This document shows, piece by piece, positions 60,251 through 64,000 of a stretch of DNA of 64,000 nt; position 1 is the first letter of the stretch, and each line of letters starts with the position of its first letter. The translations under genes and the position numbers were made by a program. Source of the DNA: the human T2T-CHM13v2.0 reference genome, Homo sapiens; assembly GCF_009914755.1 (NCBI RefSeq), contig NC_060927.1; one strand, written 5' to 3'. The notes beneath the pieces were generated by a model that did not search any database, was not told the DNA's origin, and saw only the letters and a program-made list of their open reading frames with translations.

Positions 60251-60967
60251 CCAAACTCACCCAGTGACTATCAGTCCCCGATGCTTTGGCATTCTCAGAC
60301 CCATTGAACAGAGGAAAGAGCCATCAACTGGGAATCTGAGAGAGGAGGAGGCCCAGGAAGGGACCAGGAAAATGGCCAAGTTGCAAAAACAGCTGAACTG
60401 ATGCCACATTGTTTTAAATAGCAGGCACAGTGCTGGCAGGGAAGAGTGTGCACAGTGCAGCCACGGCGCCTGGGTCAAACTCTGCTTCTACCTCTTTGCA
60501 CCTTACTGAGTCTCACATCCCTCTCCCTTGAAAGCAGATTATAAATGTATACAATATCTAACTTCACAGAGATGCAAGAATTAAATGAGGTCATGAAAAC
60601 ATGGAATACCTGGCACTTACTTACTAGAGAGCCTGGCATATAGTAAGCATTCAAGAAAACCTAGTCATTATAATTGCATATCTATTATACAGATGTTTAA
60701 TTATGTACGTATAAAACATTGTACACACACACACAAGTCTGGGAGAATACACAGCACAATGTTAACAGTGCTTACTTGGGGCAGATGGCAAAGGCTTTCA
60801 ATTTTTACTTTACATACCTCTAGAATATTTTAATTTTATAACAAGCATGCATTGCTTTTATAATTAAAACTATTCTTAATTAAGAACACACAGCTCCCTA
60901 GGAAACTAGTTGAACATGTCCTTCCACATGGTTGTGTTATATATAGTACTAAAACACAAATTTGCTA

Positions 60968-60995
60968 ACACACACACACACACACACACACACAC
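60968..60995. repeat. (AC)14 microsatellite
   Basis: Read directly. Confidence 0.95.
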
Positions 60996-61627
60996 TGTAA
61001 TGTTCACCTAAAGACCTTCTCAGTCTCCCTAGCCTTAACCCCCAGCCCCGGCCCCTCAGCCCCCACAGCTGTACCCCGAGATGAAACTCAATCCTCTGCG
61101 GCTTGCCTCTTTTGTGGAGCCAGTTGTAGCAGCGACTCCAGCCCTTCCCGGTTCTCAGCTTGCAAGCTCCTCGCCTCCTCTTGGAGCTGCATTCTGAAAG
61201 GCTCTTTGTTGCTAGGCAGAATGCTTTCGGGGACCCTTTGAAAAAAATACTCCCTGCAGACATTTCCATCTGCTCTCAGGAGTCCCCTCTGTAAAGGGGC
61301 TTAAGGAAGCAAAGGGCACCAAGCCAGGTGTCTCTGCATTGCCCACACCCTCGACTTCCTCCCATTTCAATCAATTAATTAATATTGGGCAAGGTGAAGC
61401 CAGAGGCCATGGCAAGGAAGGAGCATGGTGCTGCCCGGCACAGTCATGACCTTTAACAAAACCTGCTTCAGTGAGTTAGAATGATTTTGTTTCACAGCAC
61501 AGCAAGGGGATTAGACATAGAGACTTTGCATCAGACTGAATTTGAATCTGAACTGCCACAGCTACTAGCTGTGGGACCTTCAACACCAGGTGTTAAGGTC
61601 TTTTGAGCGTCAGTTTCTTCATCTGTC

Positions 61628-61687
61628 AAACAGGGATAAGTAGACCTCAAGGTTTTAAAACAGGGATAAGTAGACCTCAAGGTTTTA
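61628..61687. repeat. Perfect 30-bp tandem duplication inside a MIR (~61500-61770)
   Basis: aaacagggataagtagacctcaaggtttta x2. Confidence 0.97.
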
Positions 61688-62213
61688 ACAGGAGGATGGA
61701 ATCAACCATCCACGTAATCTCTTAGCATCCAAAGGAAATGCTCAGTAAATGGGTGTTGTTAATGTCATTATTATTATTAGAAATGCAGACACAGATCCTG
61801 CCTTCAAGGTATTTATAGCCTAGAATGGGAATTAGGCAGAGCCACTCGGAAGTTCCATGAGGACATGGCCACAGTGTAAAAGGCATTCGGAGGCTAAGGG
61901 TCAAACAAATGGTAAAGAACGAACTAGGTGCTTTACAGGAGAGATGAGAAGAGGGAGGTTATCCAGTCCAGCCTGGCTCCTTATCCTTGCACCCCTCCTC
62001 CCAAGAGCCTCCCTCCCCCAGCTCCAGAACCATCCCTTTCAGGTATAAATCAGCTCAGAAGGTATAAATCAGCTTGGACCCCACCCTGTGGCTTCCACAA
62101 TGTAAACCTCAGTGCAACAGCAAGGATCCCACCTTGTTCCCAAGCCCTGGGCTGGCTGTTGTATTGGTCATCTCCCTAGTATACCTTGTTCTTCCCATCC
62201 TCCCTCCCCAGAC

Positions 62214-62274
62214 TAGTTCAAGACCAGCCTGGCCAACATGGTGAAACCCCATCTCTAAAACTATAAAAAATTAG
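62214..62274 (+). mobile_element. Isolated internal AluS fragment
   Basis: agttcaagaccagcctggccaacatggtgaaaccccatctcta...aaaaattag with non-Alu flanks. Confidence 0.85.
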
Positions 62275-62729
62275 GGTCTTCCCACATTATTAGAGTCTTC
62301 GGTCTTCCCACATGATTCCCAAGGGTCATAGGCCCTAGAGTCCCCTTGGCAGTATTCCATCCACTGACTGGGGCATTTGTGGTTTCACAATCACTACTGA
62401 CCTCTTTGCCTGCCTGGATTCCAACCTCCCATGGACAGGCTGCATGCCCTTGGACACCATGCAAGGCCTCTTCCACACTGAGCCTCTCTATCCCTTACCT
62501 ACCTGGCGAGGCCAGATTCCAGCCCCTCACACTAGCTACCCTGAGCACCAAGACGGGGCAGGGAGGATCATGACTGGAGTGGTCAAAGAGGGGTTTCAGA
62601 GGAAGAAGGAGCCATCTGTGAACTGGGCTGACTGTGGAAGGGAGGCATATCAATGGCACCCCTTTGTTGGGGTGGGGGGGCACTGCACTGGATAAATGTT
62701 GAGAAGTCGTTTTTTTCTTTCCTTCCTTA

Positions 62730-63030
62730 TTTCTTTTTTTTTTTAGAGACAAGGTCTCACTCTGTCACCCAGGCTGGAGTGCAGTGGCAAGATTATAGCA
62801 CATGGCAGCCTCAATCTCCCAGACTCAATCAATCCTCCTTCTTCAGCTCCCTAAGTAGCTGGGACTATAGGCGTGTGTCACTCAAGTAGCACTAAGGCCT
62901 GACTAATTTTTTTTTTGAGACAGGGTCTTACTATGTTGCTCAGGCTGGTCTCAAACTCCTGGGCGTAAGTGATCCTCCCACCTCGGCTTCCCAAAGTGCT
63001 GTGATTACAGGCATGAGCCACTGCACCTGA
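62730..63030 (-). mobile_element. AluJ
   Basis: gagacaaggtctcactctgtcacccaggctgg...ctcctgggcgtaagtgatcctccc. Confidence 0.92.
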
Positions 63031-63439
63031 TTGAGATGTCTTGATGTACGAGATTAGAGGAAAGAAAGATTAGAAACAGACTGTAATGAGCTTTGGATGC
63101 CAAGATTGATTGTTCCCCAAATGCTCCCAGGAGGATTCAGTTGAGCGGCCAGGAGTGGGCAGGCACACAGGGTTAGCAAGGATAACCTAGCTAAGTGTTG
63201 GGAAAGTTCCACTTTCCAACCAAACCCAGCAACTCAGCATTCTCCAACCGTGTCACCCCTTCAAACCCACAAACTGTTATAAATACTTGCTAAAGCCCTT
63301 TTTGCTCATGGTACATCACACTAGTTATGCTAGCTTAAAGAGCACCACATTGTCTCAAACCTTGTCGCCTTTGAACCTGGAGTCTTGTGGGCCTGGAAGG
63401 CTTTTCTCTGCCCTTCTGCCTTCAAGATCTAACTTAACC

Positions 63440-63830
63440 TCCAGGGAAGCCTTGTCCTTCTCTCCCAAAGAGAATCTGACGTTCTATGTTCTCATAGTAC
63501 CCTGAGTGTCTCTCTATTACAATATTTATCACACTGTCTTGTGACTACTTCCTGAGTAATATAAATCTTTCTTTATTGTTACATTGTCGGCTCCTTAAGA
63601 ATAGGGGTTCTGTATTATTTATTCTATAACAGCACCTGGGACGCTCAATAAATGCTTGCTGGTAGTATTATCAATATCATCTCTTATGAAATACCTACCA
63701 CATGCTAAGGACTACCATAAGTACTTGAGAAACAGAAACTTGTTTAATCCTCATGTAATTCACCAGTGAAGTATTACTTCGCCCATCTTGTAGATAGGGA
63801 ACCTGACCTTCAGAGAACCTCAGCTAACCG
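63440..63830. mobile_element. L2 3' end (plus) followed by MIR (minus)
   Basis: acctccagggaagcctt...gctcaataaatgcttg; tttaatcctca...cccatcttgtagatagggaac. Confidence 0.65.
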
Positions 63831-64000
63831 TGAGATGAAGGAATGAACCAGCTTGAGCAGGTCAACTCCCGCCCTCCCCAAACCCTGCCATGTACGACTG
63901 ACCCCAGGAATAATCATGCTGTGTCCTTAGGCGGTCTAAGGTGGATGTTTATTTCCAGTTATTGAAATCTACTCAATTTGAGTCCACCAATCAATAAGCT

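Noticed and set aside
62495-62570. 42-nt minus-strand pseudo-exon with TAG|GTAAGG donor
   Set aside because: Acceptor is weak and an in-frame stop follows immediately; indistinguishable from background.

Overview
Primate (very likely human) genomic DNA from the SRGAP3 gene (SLIT-ROBO Rho GTPase-activating protein 3), transcribed on the minus strand. The only supportable coding sequence is one 193-nt internal exon (1895-2087, exon 2). It encodes the start of the F-BAR domain (EIRTQLVEQFKCLEQQSESRLQLLQDLQEFFRRKAEIELEYSRSLEKLAERFSSKIRSSREHQFK) and has canonical AG/GT ends. Positions 2088-64000 are the 3' ~62 kb of the long first intron, and 1-1894 is the start of intron 2. The intron is packed with Alu, MIR, L2, old L1, MaLR/ERVL LTRs and MER DNA transposons, several nested and with visible target-site duplications (TSDs). 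The other ORF-track entries are repeat-derived or chance ORFs. I see no prokaryotic-type system, CRISPR array, RNA gene or new protein family, and I cannot support a claim of a wholly new system. The best leads are regulatory. (1) An intronic CpG island at ~13.1-13.8 kb has a near-perfect RFX X-box, GC boxes, an E-box and a G4, and looks like an internal promoter. (2) A compact DR1-DR4-DR1 nuclear-receptor array lies at 36.2 kb. (3) A candidate frame-preserving 21-nt microexon (5047-5067) follows a very strong Alu-tail-derived acceptor, and there are several candidate poison/cryptic exons. Repeat subfamily calls and boundaries were made by eye and are approximate.
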